Assembly: GCA_002391425.1 (NCBI GenBank)
Contig: DGEZ01000060.1
Coordinates: 1 to 41,560, forward strand
Length of the DNA: 41,560 nucleotides
Source of the DNA: Micrococcales bacterium UBA3913
GTDB taxonomy: Bacteria; Actinomycetota; Actinomycetes; Actinomycetales; Microbacteriaceae
Direction of reading: 5' to 3'
Shown: piece after piece, positions 1-9,833 of the stretch
How positions within the stretch are numbered: position 1 is the first letter of the stretch
Layout of the letters: every line of letters begins with the position of its first letter
Notes under the pieces: model-generated
What the model saw: the letters and a program-made list of their open reading frames with translations, nothing else
The model's database searches: none
What the model was told of the DNA's origin: nothing
Position numbers and translations under genes: made by a program

Positions 1-1026
<1,026 letters not shown>

Positions 1027-1072
1027 CCCTCCCGCACCGGCCCCCGCTGTGGGAGTCGTTGGCACACGGCTA

Positions 1073-2011
1073 TCAGTACATCAGTGATGCCAGTCGGCGG
1101 CGGGCAGGCGCGACAAACGGCGAGTCGGATCCCAGGATTGTGAAATAGTCGAGCAGGCGCGTCTTCAGAGCGGTCTGCTCGTCTGATGTCGCATTCGCCC
1201 ACGCATCGAGAAGTGATGTCAGGGCCGCCTCCACCATCTGTGAGGCAAACAGCTGATCGGCCTGTGCTAGGACGGCAGGGATGCCCGCTTCCACCTGTCC
1301 CACGCCAGCATCCGCCAGACGCTGCATGAGGTGCACGTGGGCCAGACCGGCCTCTAACTCGTCATCGGACGGACTCTCTACCAGGGCGTCCCGATAGATC
1401 TTCTCCGCCGCGGACAAGTCACCCCGCTCGATCGCTTCTGCGGCGTGTTGCTGTATCGGGGACATCGGGGGCTCTGTTGAACCGGCGTCACCGGAATCGC
1501 TTGAGGCGGACGCTTCGGTGAATGGCTGCGCGACCCCGGTGATTCCCATCTGTGCGGCAGCAGCCAGAACCTGGTCAAGGGCAGTGCGTACCTGCTGCTC
1601 GGGCAGTGCCCCGGTGAACAATGCCGCCGGACGCCCGCCGATAAGGGCGAGGACCATCGGGATGCTCTGGGCCTGGAAAGCCTGCGCGAGCTGCGGGTTT
1701 GCATCAACATCGACGGTGACAAGCACCAGGCGACCGGCCTGCTCGTTGACCAGCCGTTCCAGCAGGGGACTGAGTTGACGACACGGCTGGCACCAGGTCG
1801 CCCACAGATCAACGATGACGGGAACCTGCTGAGACAGCTCAAGGAACTGGGTAAAGTTATCGTCGGTCCCGGCTGTGACGAAACTCCCCGTTCCCGTGCG
1901 ACCGCCTCCCGCGGAACCCTGTTTCTGGTTCTTCTTGGCCTCTGCCTGTGCTTTCAACCCTGACAGATCGACAGCGCCACGAAAGGTGCCGTCAAAACCA
2001 CCCTGTGCCAT
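1073..2011 (-). CDS. thioredoxin-domain plus TPR-like co-chaperone (YbbN/CnoX-like)
   Basis: Thioredoxin motif DLWATWCQPCRQL followed by a helical TPR-like C-terminal half. ATG at 2011 is preceded by GGAGGAG about 12 nt upstream and lies 4 nt after the stop of the upstream gene. The ORF-track start at 2125 would overlap that gene. Confidence 0.8.
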   Translation of the reverse strand: MAQGGFDGTFRGAVDLSGLKAQAEAKKNQKQGSAGGGRTGTGSFVTAGTDDNFTQFLELSQQVPVIVDLWATWCQPCRQLSPLLERLVNEQAGRLVLVTVDVDANPQLAQAFQAQSIPMVLALIGGRPAALFTGALPEQQVRTALDQVLAAAAQMGITGVAQPFTEASASSDSGDAGSTEPPMSPIQQHAAEAIERGDLSAAEKIYRDALVESPSDDELEAGLAHVHLMQRLADAGVGQVEAGIPAVLAQADQLFASQMVEAALTSLLDAWANATSDEQTALKTRLLDYFTILGSDSPFVAPARRRLASLMY

Positions 2012-2015
2012 GAGA

Positions 2016-3716
2016 CTATTTCTCCTCCGCCGAAATGATTCCTGAACTGAATCCGAGGAGCGATACCTTCTGCGTGGATCCCGCACCGGGAACCGAGAAG
2101 AGGAACACATCCCCGTAGGTAGCAACCACCGACTTCTCCGTGGTGGACTTCCCGAGCAGAGCAGCGGTCTCCCCCGACACTTCCAGCTCGTACCCGTCAG
2201 CGGGGGTCATGGTCTCCACATCGGTGACGAAGACGGCAACAATAGCCCCCGAGTCCGCCGTGGCCATCGACAGCGGAGTGACCTGTGCGTCCTGACTTCG
2301 CGCAAAGGACACCGATGCCGACGAACCCAGATCGCTCGTGATCTTGTCCTCTCGCGCGTGTACCGCGTCGATGAAGGAGTCGCTCGTCGAGGCAAACAGC
2401 TCAGCAAACTCACTCTGATCACCGTTGGCGATCACATCGCTATAGGCATCGCCGACCTCGGACGGGGAGATCGTCAGTAAGGAGGTATCCGCCGCCAGGG
2501 AGACCCCTCCGGTGGAGGCAGCCGGGAGCGCGGGGAGCTGCCCAACAAGCTCCACCTGTGCGGCGACCGTGTAATTCTCTCGCGGACTCTCCTGGACCAG
2601 CATCAACGCCTGCGAGGTGTCGTCCTCGGATTCCCCTCCGACGACGACAAAAGCCTGACGCGGCCACTCGGACGACAGCTGAGGCAGGAACACGGACGGA
2701 GCGAGATCCGGAACCAGAGTCACCGCCGCGACGCTATCGTCCTGGGCTCGTGCCGCGTAGTTCTGGGTGCGCAGGGTCAGCGCCGCCCCCGAGAACCTCT
2801 GCTCAGCCACAGACGCATCGAGGGAGGAACTCGCCTCCGCATCCACGGCAGAGATATCAGACAGGATGCGGATCGCCTGCTCGCTGGTCAGGCGGGGAGA
2901 GTTCTCACTCACCGTCGTGTTTTCGACAACCGCAGAAGCTGTCGCCGATGACGACAGCGCAGCCTCACCCGCGGAACATCCGGTGAGGACGAGGGCAATC
3001 ACCCCGCTCACGGCAGCCGCTCCCATCGCAGCGGCTCTGCGGCCACGGCGGCGCGTGCGCGGCTGGGCGGCACGGTTCTTCCCCGCAGCACGACGGCTGA
3101 CGCGACGAGGGGCGACCGCCTTGCGCTCGTGGCGAATGGCCACCGCGAGCATCGCACCGCCGGCGATCAGCGTGAGCCCCCCAATTATCAGCAGGGGAAG
3201 GGCAAGGGGCGCAGACGTGTCCTGCGCCCACTGCAACCTCACCGACCGGATCGTCGAGTCCTCACCACCCGAGAGGATCACTGCTTCCGAATTCTGCGCT
3301 TCGAGAGAGAACACGAGGTACTCGGAGCCATCGAATTCGGTGATCCACAGATCGGATCCCGCGGCGGAGGGCACATCTTCCGTGCCCTGGGACGTGACGG
3401 AGAGTTCCGGGGTATCCCCCTCCTCATCGCCGGCGACGGTGACGATCTCGGCCTGGCCGTCCCCCAGCCATGCCTCCACATCGCTCTGAATTGCCGCACC
3501 CGCGACGATGTCAGAGTCGGCGGTGACGCGCACCGTCGTCTCTCCGGAGTGGGCGGTCAGTGCCGCGTTGTCGAGCAGAACGGCGGAGGTATCCGAGGAC
3601 ACCGGCACAGTCAGGGTGACCGTGGGGGCCGGCTTCCACCACGTCTGCTGGCCAATGCCACAGATGAGGATCACGACAGAGCTCACCAGCAGAAAGAATG
3701 ATGCGAAGAACCGCAC
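2016..3716 (-). CDS. membrane protein of unknown function, 3 predicted TM segments and two extracytoplasmic domains
   Basis: Long ORF with hydrophobic stretches at aa ~5-25, ~172-196 and ~233-249 and an Arg-rich linker between TM2 and TM3. GTG at 3716 has GGAGG 7 nt upstream. The TTG at 3722 used by the ORF track is only 1 nt from that SD. Confidence 0.6.
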   Translation of the reverse strand: MRFFASFFLLVSSVVILICGIGQQTWWKPAPTVTLTVPVSSDTSAVLLDNAALTAHSGETTVRVTADSDIVAGAAIQSDVEAWLGDGQAEIVTVAGDEEGDTPELSVTSQGTEDVPSAAGSDLWITEFDGSEYLVFSLEAQNSEAVILSGGEDSTIRSVRLQWAQDTSAPLALPLLIIGGLTLIAGGAMLAVAIRHERKAVAPRRVSRRAAGKNRAAQPRTRRRGRRAAAMGAAAVSGVIALVLTGCSAGEAALSSSATASAVVENTTVSENSPRLTSEQAIRILSDISAVDAEASSSLDASVAEQRFSGAALTLRTQNYAARAQDDSVAAVTLVPDLAPSVFLPQLSSEWPRQAFVVVGGESEDDTSQALMLVQESPRENYTVAAQVELVGQLPALPAASTGGVSLAADTSLLTISPSEVGDAYSDVIANGDQSEFAELFASTSDSFIDAVHAREDKITSDLGSSASVSFARSQDAQVTPLSMATADSGAIVAVFVTDVETMTPADGYELEVSGETAALLGKSTTEKSVVATYGDVFLFSVPGAGSTQKVSLLGFSSGIISAEEK

Positions 3717-3871
3717 AGGCAAGCCTCCAGTACTGTGTCATGTCGCGGACGACCTCAAAACTCTAGTCGATTTTGCCGAAAAAGCTGAGTGCAACCGGAG
3801 AAGCGCTCCTGCTGCACAGATAATGAGGAGGTATCGCGCCGGCTACACCGTCGCCAAAACAAGGAGGCAGG

Positions 3872-5056
3872 ATGCAGATCCCCATCGTTGTGCGCAACGT
3901 TCGCTCTGCTATCACACGCGCAGTGCAGGTCCCTCCGCAGGTGGATTCCGCGACTGACGAGCCGGAGCCGGATGACGACACGCAACCTAGGATCCGATCT
4001 CGGGCGCTCGTCAGCATCAGTACGGAGCACGCCTTTGCAACCGGCCTGCTCGCCGCCCTCGGGGTGCTCACCGCCTTGCTCATCGGCGGTGCCATCGCGG
4101 ACAGCGTCATGATCATCACCTACATCGGCTGCGCTCTGTTCCTGGCCATCGGGTTAGAACCCATTACGGGCAAGCTCGTGCAATGGAGATTCCCCCGCGC
4201 ACTGGCCATCGCCACCGTGTTCCTGGGGTTCGTCGCCGTCATCTCCGGGGTGCTGCTCCTCGTCATCCCGACAATCGTGACCGAGACGCAGCTCTTCGCC
4301 CGGCAGGCACCATCCCTGATCGCGAACGTCCAAGACACGGAGTGGTTCCAGTGGGTCAATTCCCAGTTCGACGGTTCCGCTGAGAACCTGCTCTCCTCGG
4401 TCAGTGACTTCTTCCGGGACCCGCAGCAATGGTTCAATATTGCCGGTGGGGTGCTCACCGTCGGAGCGGGTATCGCAAACGGGGTGTTCGCCGCGTTCAC
4501 CGTCACCGTCCTCACCTTGTACTTCATGGCGTCACTCGACGGCATGCAGCGGGCCTCATCCATGCTCCTGCCCGCGAGCAAGCGCCACCGCTACATGACG
4601 ATCATCTCGCGTGTTCGTCTCAACGTTGGTCGCTACATGATCAGTCAGATCCTGGTCGCCCTCATCAACTCCGTGTGTGCCTACGTGATGATGAGCATTC
4701 TCGGGGTTCGCTTCGCGATCATCCTGGCGCCGGTGATCTTCCTGATGGCCCTCATCCCGGTCATTGGCAGCATCCTGTGCACGGTGCTCACCACCCTCGT
4801 CTCCCTCCTATCCGGTCTGAGCACAGCGATCGCCATGGCCGTGTACTACCTCATCTACATGCAGATCGAGGCATACGTCCTCACTCCGCGGATCATGCAG
4901 CGCGCCATGCCGGTACCCGGCATCGTCATCATCATCGCCGCACTCTTCGGCGGCACACTCATGGGCGTGATGGGCGCGCTGATCGCAATTCCCATGGCCG
5001 CATCCATCATCATGATCGTCAAGGAAATCTGGATTCCGCGCCAGAATAGGCTCTAG
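3872..5056 (+). CDS. AI-2E family (PerM/YhhT, UPF0118) transporter
   Basis: Polytopic membrane protein with the family-typical C-terminal half (...ALINSVCAYVMMSILGVRFAIILAPVIFLMALIPVIGSIL...). AAGGAGG lies just upstream of the ATG. Confidence 0.85.
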   Translation: MQIPIVVRNVRSAITRAVQVPPQVDSATDEPEPDDDTQPRIRSRALVSISTEHAFATGLLAALGVLTALLIGGAIADSVMIITYIGCALFLAIGLEPITGKLVQWRFPRALAIATVFLGFVAVISGVLLLVIPTIVTETQLFARQAPSLIANVQDTEWFQWVNSQFDGSAENLLSSVSDFFRDPQQWFNIAGGVLTVGAGIANGVFAAFTVTVLTLYFMASLDGMQRASSMLLPASKRHRYMTIISRVRLNVGRYMISQILVALINSVCAYVMMSILGVRFAIILAPVIFLMALIPVIGSILCTVLTTLVSLLSGLSTAIAMAVYYLIYMQIEAYVLTPRIMQRAMPVPGIVIIIAALFGGTLMGVMGALIAIPMAASIIMIVKEIWIPRQNRL

Positions 5057-5781
5057 GGCTCCACCGGCCACTCGTGCGGCAACGGAAGCGCCGACGGGTT
5101 CACGTCGCGCACAATCTCCGTGAGCACCCGATAGACGAATCGCTCCCCCACCCACAAGTGCCTGCCCCCCTCGACGGCAACGAAACGGGCTTCCGGGATC
5201 GCCGCGAAACCTGCAGCCGCGGGGCGCGGCGGAAGAAACTCATCGAACTCGGGAACGACCACGGTGACGTGTTTTCCAGATCCATGCCACGCCGCGACCT
5301 CGTCTGCCGTCGTTCGGCGTAACGGCGGAGACAATACGATGATGCCCTCGATGGGCATCGAGAGGCCGTATTTGAGCGCAAGCTCCGTACCAAACGACCA
5401 CCCCAGCAGCCAGGGTGCGGGGAGGCCGCGTTCACGTACGAAATCGACCGCGGCGGCGACATCGAAGCGTTCCGCGTTACCCTCATCGAACGTGCCCTCA
5501 CTCGTGCCGCGCGGGGACTGCGTACCCCGGGTGTTGAACCTCAGGACCGCTAGCTGCGCCAGGGCGGGAAGTCTCAACGCAGCCTTGAGAAGGATGTGTG
5601 AATCCATGAAGCCGCCATGGGTGGGGAGAGGGTGAAGAGCAATAAGAGTCGCCTCCGGCGCCCCGGAAACAGGGACGGATAATTCCCCCACCAGGGTCAG
5701 GCCGTCTGCGGTGTGAAGCTCGATGTCCTCGGCCACGCGTGGCAGTTCCACCGCGCCCCGAATCTCCTGCATCCGCGTCAT
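5053..5781 (-). CDS. alpha/beta-fold hydrolase
   Basis: Nucleophile elbow G-W-S-F-G (LLGWSFGTELAL) and an HPLPTHGG oxyanion-region-like motif. ATG at 5781 forms an ATGA overlap with the stop of the upstream small gene (tcat at 5778-5781). Confidence 0.7.
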   Translation of the reverse strand: MTRMQEIRGAVELPRVAEDIELHTADGLTLVGELSVPVSGAPEATLIALHPLPTHGGFMDSHILLKAALRLPALAQLAVLRFNTRGTQSPRGTSEGTFDEGNAERFDVAAAVDFVRERGLPAPWLLGWSFGTELALKYGLSMPIEGIIVLSPPLRRTTADEVAAWHGSGKHVTVVVPEFDEFLPPRPAAAGFAAIPEARFVAVEGGRHLWVGERFVYRVLTEIVRDVNPSALPLPHEWPVEP

Positions 5782-5948
5782 GGCCCCACCCGCCAGCATG
5801 CCTCGTGCCAGTGGCGACGTGAGGCAAGATCGCTCGCATCCCCCAGCACGCCATCGGCGCGCCAGACGACGAGGTGCTCGACTCCGGGAGCTATCTCATT
5901 CCCGCATCCCGGGCAGATATATGTCTTGACTGCACGCGAGGCTGACAT
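5778..5948 (-). CDS. small zinc-ribbon-like protein (56 aa), conserved-hypothetical type
   Basis: MSASRAVKTYICPGCGNE...RRHWHEACW gives a CxxC...HxHxxC ligand pattern. Translationally coupled (ATGA) to the hydrolase gene. An alternative GTG start at 6065 would add a 39-aa Arg-rich extension and cannot be excluded. Confidence 0.5.
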   Translation of the reverse strand: MSASRAVKTYICPGCGNEIAPGVEHLVVWRADGVLGDASDLASRRHWHEACWRVGP

Positions 5949-6068
5949 GGGCTGGACATTCCAGCGAAACCCCGCCCTCAGCTCGACACGACGCCATCCG
6001 GTACGAGCCCGTTCCGCGTCGAAGGGAACCTCAACACGGTGCGCACGCCGCCGCGGCCTGCCCACGGC

Positions 6069-6788
6069 TCAGTACCACCCCACCGACTCGGAATGGGACC
6101 ATGCTCCACAGGGAGTGCCGTACCGACCCGCAATGTAGCTGAGCCCCCACTCGATCTGCGTCGCCGGATTGGTGGCCCAATCCGAACCCGCCGATGCCAT
6201 CTTGCTCCCGGGGAGAGCCTGAGGAATCCCATACGCGCCCGAGGAGCGGTTGTAGGCCAGGTAGTTCCACCCTGACTCCCGCTGCCACAGCGACACCAGG
6301 CAGGTGAACTCAGACTCTGACCATCCGCGCGCGATGACCTTTTCGTGGGCGATCTCCTGTGCATCCCCCGCCGGAACGGTCGCCGCCTGCGCGACCGTCT
6401 CCGACAACTCATCCGTCGTCGAAGAGGAATCTGAGGTGGATGACGAATCTGAGGCGGCCTCCGTTGCCTCAGCCGAGGACTCCACCTCCGTGGCCACAGC
6501 GCCGCTGCGGTCAAGCTCGACAGAGGAGTCGGTCTCCGAGGAGAGCGCTTGCACGTACAGGGTCGACTGCGCTTCGACCACGTCGTCCTGCAGGGGTGCC
6601 GCTGCCGCCCCAGCAGAGGGGTCAATCACGCTGGAGGCAAGCAGAATGACGCCAAGCGCCGCGCCGAAACTCGTAGTCGCCGAAGTGCGCTTGAGTGCCG
6701 GTCGCGCAGGAACGGCTGCGTTAGCGGCGACCGGGTGGTGTGAGATCGCTGGTCCAGCGGCGTGTCTCGGGCTACGGCGTAACGACAT
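6069..6788 (-). CDS. secreted lytic-transglycosylase-like cell-wall protein
   Basis: N-terminal TM/signal segment and a Ser/Asp/Glu/Thr-rich linker. The C-terminal domain (...WSESEFTCLVSLWQRESGWNYLAYNRSSGAYGIPQALPGSKMASAGSDW...) is typical of the transglycosylase-like family. Confidence 0.7.
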   Translation of the reverse strand: MSLRRSPRHAAGPAISHHPVAANAAVPARPALKRTSATTSFGAALGVILLASSVIDPSAGAAAAPLQDDVVEAQSTLYVQALSSETDSSVELDRSGAVATEVESSAEATEAASDSSSTSDSSSTTDELSETVAQAATVPAGDAQEIAHEKVIARGWSESEFTCLVSLWQRESGWNYLAYNRSSGAYGIPQALPGSKMASAGSDWATNPATQIEWGLSYIAGRYGTPCGAWSHSESVGWY

Positions 6789-6834
6789 GATCAGCCAGTC
6801 TAGCGAGCGAGTCTGAATGCGACAATTCTCGCCG

Positions 6835-7386
6835 TTACTGGGCGATCGCCAGGATGATGGAGATCACCCGGTCCAGCACCAGGTCGACTTGCCACTCGGC
6901 GTACCCATTTCTGCGCCGGGAGAAGACAGTCTCGCGAATCTCATCGGCCGTCAACGGACCGCCCCTAGTGAGGAAGTCCTCGATCCGGTCACATACGGCA
7001 TCCACCTCGGCGATGTCATAGCCGAACCGAATGAAGCCAGCCCGGCGGAAGCGCTGCCCCTCCGGGCGGCGCAGTCGCGCCAGCACAATGCGCGCCCTCT
7101 CCCGCGTCTGCTCGATCCAGGCGTCCTGACCGACCTCATCGATAGCCGCGGCACGCTCGACACGCGCGAACACCGTTTCCAATCGTGCGAGGGCCGCATC
7201 AATATGGGCAATGTCATATCCACCGTGCTGGAGGGAGAAGCTGGCAGAGCGAACATCCTCCGCTGATACCAGGGGGGGACGCTGCGGGTCGTCCACCTGC
7301 GTGCGCGCACGGGTCATGAAGTCATCGACTTGATCGATGCGGTACCCACGCTTGACCTTGCTGACACGATCGAAAACTACGCTCAC
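6835..7386 (-). CDS. DivIVA-domain repeat protein (four N-terminal-DivIVA-like modules)
   Basis: Four copies of the (R/N)GY-x-x-x-x-VD motif: RGYRIDQVDDF, GGYDIAHIDAAL, FGYDIAEVDAV, NGYAEWQVDLV. GTG start at 7386. Confidence 0.75.
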   Translation of the reverse strand: MSVVFDRVSKVKRGYRIDQVDDFMTRARTQVDDPQRPPLVSAEDVRSASFSLQHGGYDIAHIDAALARLETVFARVERAAAIDEVGQDAWIEQTRERARIVLARLRRPEGQRFRRAGFIRFGYDIAEVDAVCDRIEDFLTRGGPLTADEIRETVFSRRRNGYAEWQVDLVLDRVISIILAIAQ

Positions 7387-7450
7387 AGCTCCCTATTGTG
7401 CCAGGAGAACGAGCGAAACGTTCTCCATAGCCCGCAGCGCGCCCAAATCC

Positions 7451-8395
7451 TCAGAAAGCAACCAGGGACAACGCGTACGCGACCGCAGCCGACAGGATGA
7501 TCGAGTCCAGCCGATCGAGCACTCCGCCGTGCCCGGGAAGCCACGAACTCATGTCCTTGATGCCGATCCTGCGTTTGATGCGTGACTCCAGCACATCGCC
7601 AGCAGTGCCGGACAGGGCGAGGACGAATCCCCACAGAAATCCGAAGGGGATGCTCATCGACAGCATCAGCGTACTGACCAAAACCCCAGCCAGCACCGCG
7701 CCGGCAATCCCCCCGAGGAATCCCTCCCACGTTTTCTTCGGGCTGATCACGGGGAACATCTTGTGCCGCCCCCACAACACGCCGACCGCATATGCACAGG
7801 TGTCGTTCACGACGACCACGATGATGAAGCCGAGCACCCACCACTGCCCGCCATCCTCGGCGAGCAGCAGAACAGCGAAGCTGACCAGCGTCCCGGTGTA
7901 CAGAATCGTGCCGGCGATGCTCAGCGCATCCCTGATGAGCTGGCGCGGGGTGCGCTGCGGGATCTCCCCGCGCTTGACGCGAAACGATACCTCCAGCAGG
8001 TACCAGACGAATACGACGACGATCGCGCTCGGGGTGCCCCAGAGCATCCCCGGCCAGTCCCATGCCGCCGTGCACAGCAGGACTGCGCCAGTGCCGATAC
8101 CCACCGCCACCCGCGGGACGAGCACCCCTCCGCGACGAATCGCGGCCGCCAGTTCGACAGCAGCACCGACCCCGCCCGCGAGCGCCAACGCGAGGAATGC
8201 CCATTTGACGAAGATCAGCGACACGAGCAGCAGGCCGCCGATGACGATGCCCGTGCCCACGGCCAGGAACAGGTTCCTGCCCGCACGCTTCTCAATTCGC
8301 TCGTTCGCTTCCTCGAACTGCTGGCGGGCAGACTCCCAGTGCTGCAGCAGGTCCTCACCGGCCGTGTGGTGGTGGTTGTCGTCGCTCTCAGTCAC
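7451..8395 (-). CDS. cdsA: phosphatidate cytidylyltransferase
   Basis: Polytopic membrane protein with the CdsA C-terminal signature (...SRIKRRIGIKDMSSWLPGHGGVLDRLDS...). Position downstream of frr is conserved. GTG start. Confidence 0.9.
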   Translation of the reverse strand: MTESDDNHHHTAGEDLLQHWESARQQFEEANERIEKRAGRNLFLAVGTGIVIGGLLLVSLIFVKWAFLALALAGGVGAAVELAAAIRRGGVLVPRVAVGIGTGAVLLCTAAWDWPGMLWGTPSAIVVVFVWYLLEVSFRVKRGEIPQRTPRQLIRDALSIAGTILYTGTLVSFAVLLLAEDGGQWWVLGFIIVVVVNDTCAYAVGVLWGRHKMFPVISPKKTWEGFLGGIAGAVLAGVLVSTLMLSMSIPFGFLWGFVLALSGTAGDVLESRIKRRIGIKDMSSWLPGHGGVLDRLDSIILSAAVAYALSLVAF

Positions 8396-8408
8396 AGGGA
8401 TGCTCGGT

Positions 8409-8963
8409 TCAGACCTCGAGGAGTTCCGCTTCCTTGTTCTTCAGCGCGTCGTCGATGAGATCAACGTGCTTGCGCGTGATCTGCTCCAACTCCTTCTCGC
8501 CGCGCTGAATCTCGTCCTCACCGACCTCATCTTTGAGTGCGGCGAGTTCGTCCATGCCCTTACGGCGAATGTTCCGAATGGCGACCTTCGCGTCCTCGCC
8601 CTTGCTGCGCACCAGCTTGACGTACTCGCGTCTGCGCTCTTCAGTGAGTTCCGGGAGGCTGACCCGAATAACATGGCCATCGTTGTTCGGTGTCACGCCC
8701 AGGTTGGGCGCCGTGACGATCGCTCGCTCGATCTCATGCAACGAGCTCTTATCGTACGGGGTGATCAGGAGGGTACGCGCCTCAAGATTCTGCATGGAGG
8801 CCAGCTGGCCCAACGGCGTGGGGGTGCCGTAATAGTCCACCATGATCTTCTGGAACAGTGCAGGGTTCGCGCGCCCCGTGCGCACCGTAGCGAAGTCGTC
8901 TCGGGCAACCTCAACGGCCTTGGCCATTCGGGCTGTTACGTCTGTGATGATCTCGGGAATCAT
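8409..8963 (-). CDS. frr: ribosome recycling factor
   Basis: 184 aa, typical Frr sequence (...[22 protein letters not shown]...). Confidence 0.95.
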   Translation of the reverse strand: MIPEIITDVTARMAKAVEVARDDFATVRTGRANPALFQKIMVDYYGTPTPLGQLASMQNLEARTLLITPYDKSSLHEIERAIVTAPNLGVTPNNDGHVIRVSLPELTEERRREYVKLVRSKGEDAKVAIRNIRRKGMDELAALKDEVGEDEIQRGEKELEQITRKHVDLIDDALKNKEAELLEV

Positions 8964-8965
8964 GG

Positions 8966-9691
8966 CTACTCACTCTTCTCTACTTGCGCAACCAGCGTAC
9001 CGAGTTGCTCCCCCATGATGGCACGAGCAACATTCGTGTGGTCGTCCATACCGAAAATTCGCATCGGCAGGCGGTTGTCCATGCACAGGCTGAAGGCGGT
9101 CGAGTCCACCACTCGAAGCCCGCGCACGAGGGCATCGGTGTACGTCACGAAATCCAGCTTCGTGGCGGTGGGGTCCTTGCGGGGATCCGCAGTGTACACA
9201 CCATCGACACCGTTTTTCGCGAACAGCACCTCATCGGCCAAAATCTCCAGCCCGCGCTGTGCGGTCACCGTATCCGTGGAGAAAAACGGCAACCCAGCGC
9301 CCGCGCCGAAAATAACCACGCGGCCCTTCTCCATGTGGCGAATGGCACGTAACGGGATGTAGGGCTCCGCCACCTGGGTCATCTGAATGGCCGATTGAAC
9401 CCGGGTGTCCACCCCCGCCTGCTGCAGGAAGTCCTGCAAGGCCAGCGCGTTCATCACGGTACCGAGCATCCCCATATAGTCTGCCCGCGCCCGGTCCATA
9501 CCGCGCTGGGAAAGCTCTGCGCCGCGGAAGAAATTCCCCCCGCCGACCACAATGGCCACCTGAACGCTGGCGCTGGCCTGAGCGATATTGCGCGCCAGGG
9601 AACTCACGACGTCGGGGTCCACGCCCAAGCGTCCCCCGCCGAAAGCCTCGCCGGACAATTTGAGCACTACCCTGCGCTGACGATCCACCAC
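8966..9691 (-). CDS. pyrH: UMP kinase
   Basis: [13 protein letters not shown]... family signature. GTG at 9691 is preceded by AAGGAG with a 5-nt spacer. The ORF-track start at 9949 overlaps tsf and is rejected. Confidence 0.93.
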   Translation of the reverse strand: MVDRQRRVVLKLSGEAFGGGRLGVDPDVVSSLARNIAQASASVQVAIVVGGGNFFRGAELSQRGMDRARADYMGMLGTVMNALALQDFLQQAGVDTRVQSAIQMTQVAEPYIPLRAIRHMEKGRVVIFGAGAGLPFFSTDTVTAQRGLEILADEVLFAKNGVDGVYTADPRKDPTATKLDFVTYTDALVRGLRVVDSTAFSLCMDNRLPMRIFGMDDHTNVARAIMGEQLGTLVAQVEKSE

Positions 9692-9833
9692 ATCTTCTCC
9701 TTCGAGGCTGGCTGTGTGCCTACACATAGAAGCGGCCCAGGCCGAGGCCTGGGCCAGTCTCACTGGCGCCATAACGATCATATCGGCATGGACCAGCGAC
9801 GTCGGCACGCCGCAGGGGCGTGCCGACCAGGCG

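Noticed and set aside
3026-3028. Internal ATG (Met233) of the 2016-3716 ORF as a separate lipoprotein gene start.
   Set aside because: No stop codon separates the halves. There is no SD upstream of the ATG and no alternative in-frame GTG/TTG in the Arg-rich linker. The signal-like peptide would lack its positively charged n-region. Kept as an architectural observation only.
7497-9362. 621-aa plus-strand ORF spanning the antisense of cdsA, frr and pyrH.
   Set aside because: It runs antisense across three well-supported conserved genes and their intergenic gaps. Its Ser/Thr/Pro/Arg/Ala-rich low-complexity composition is typical of stop-poor antisense frames in high-GC DNA. No recognisable domain.
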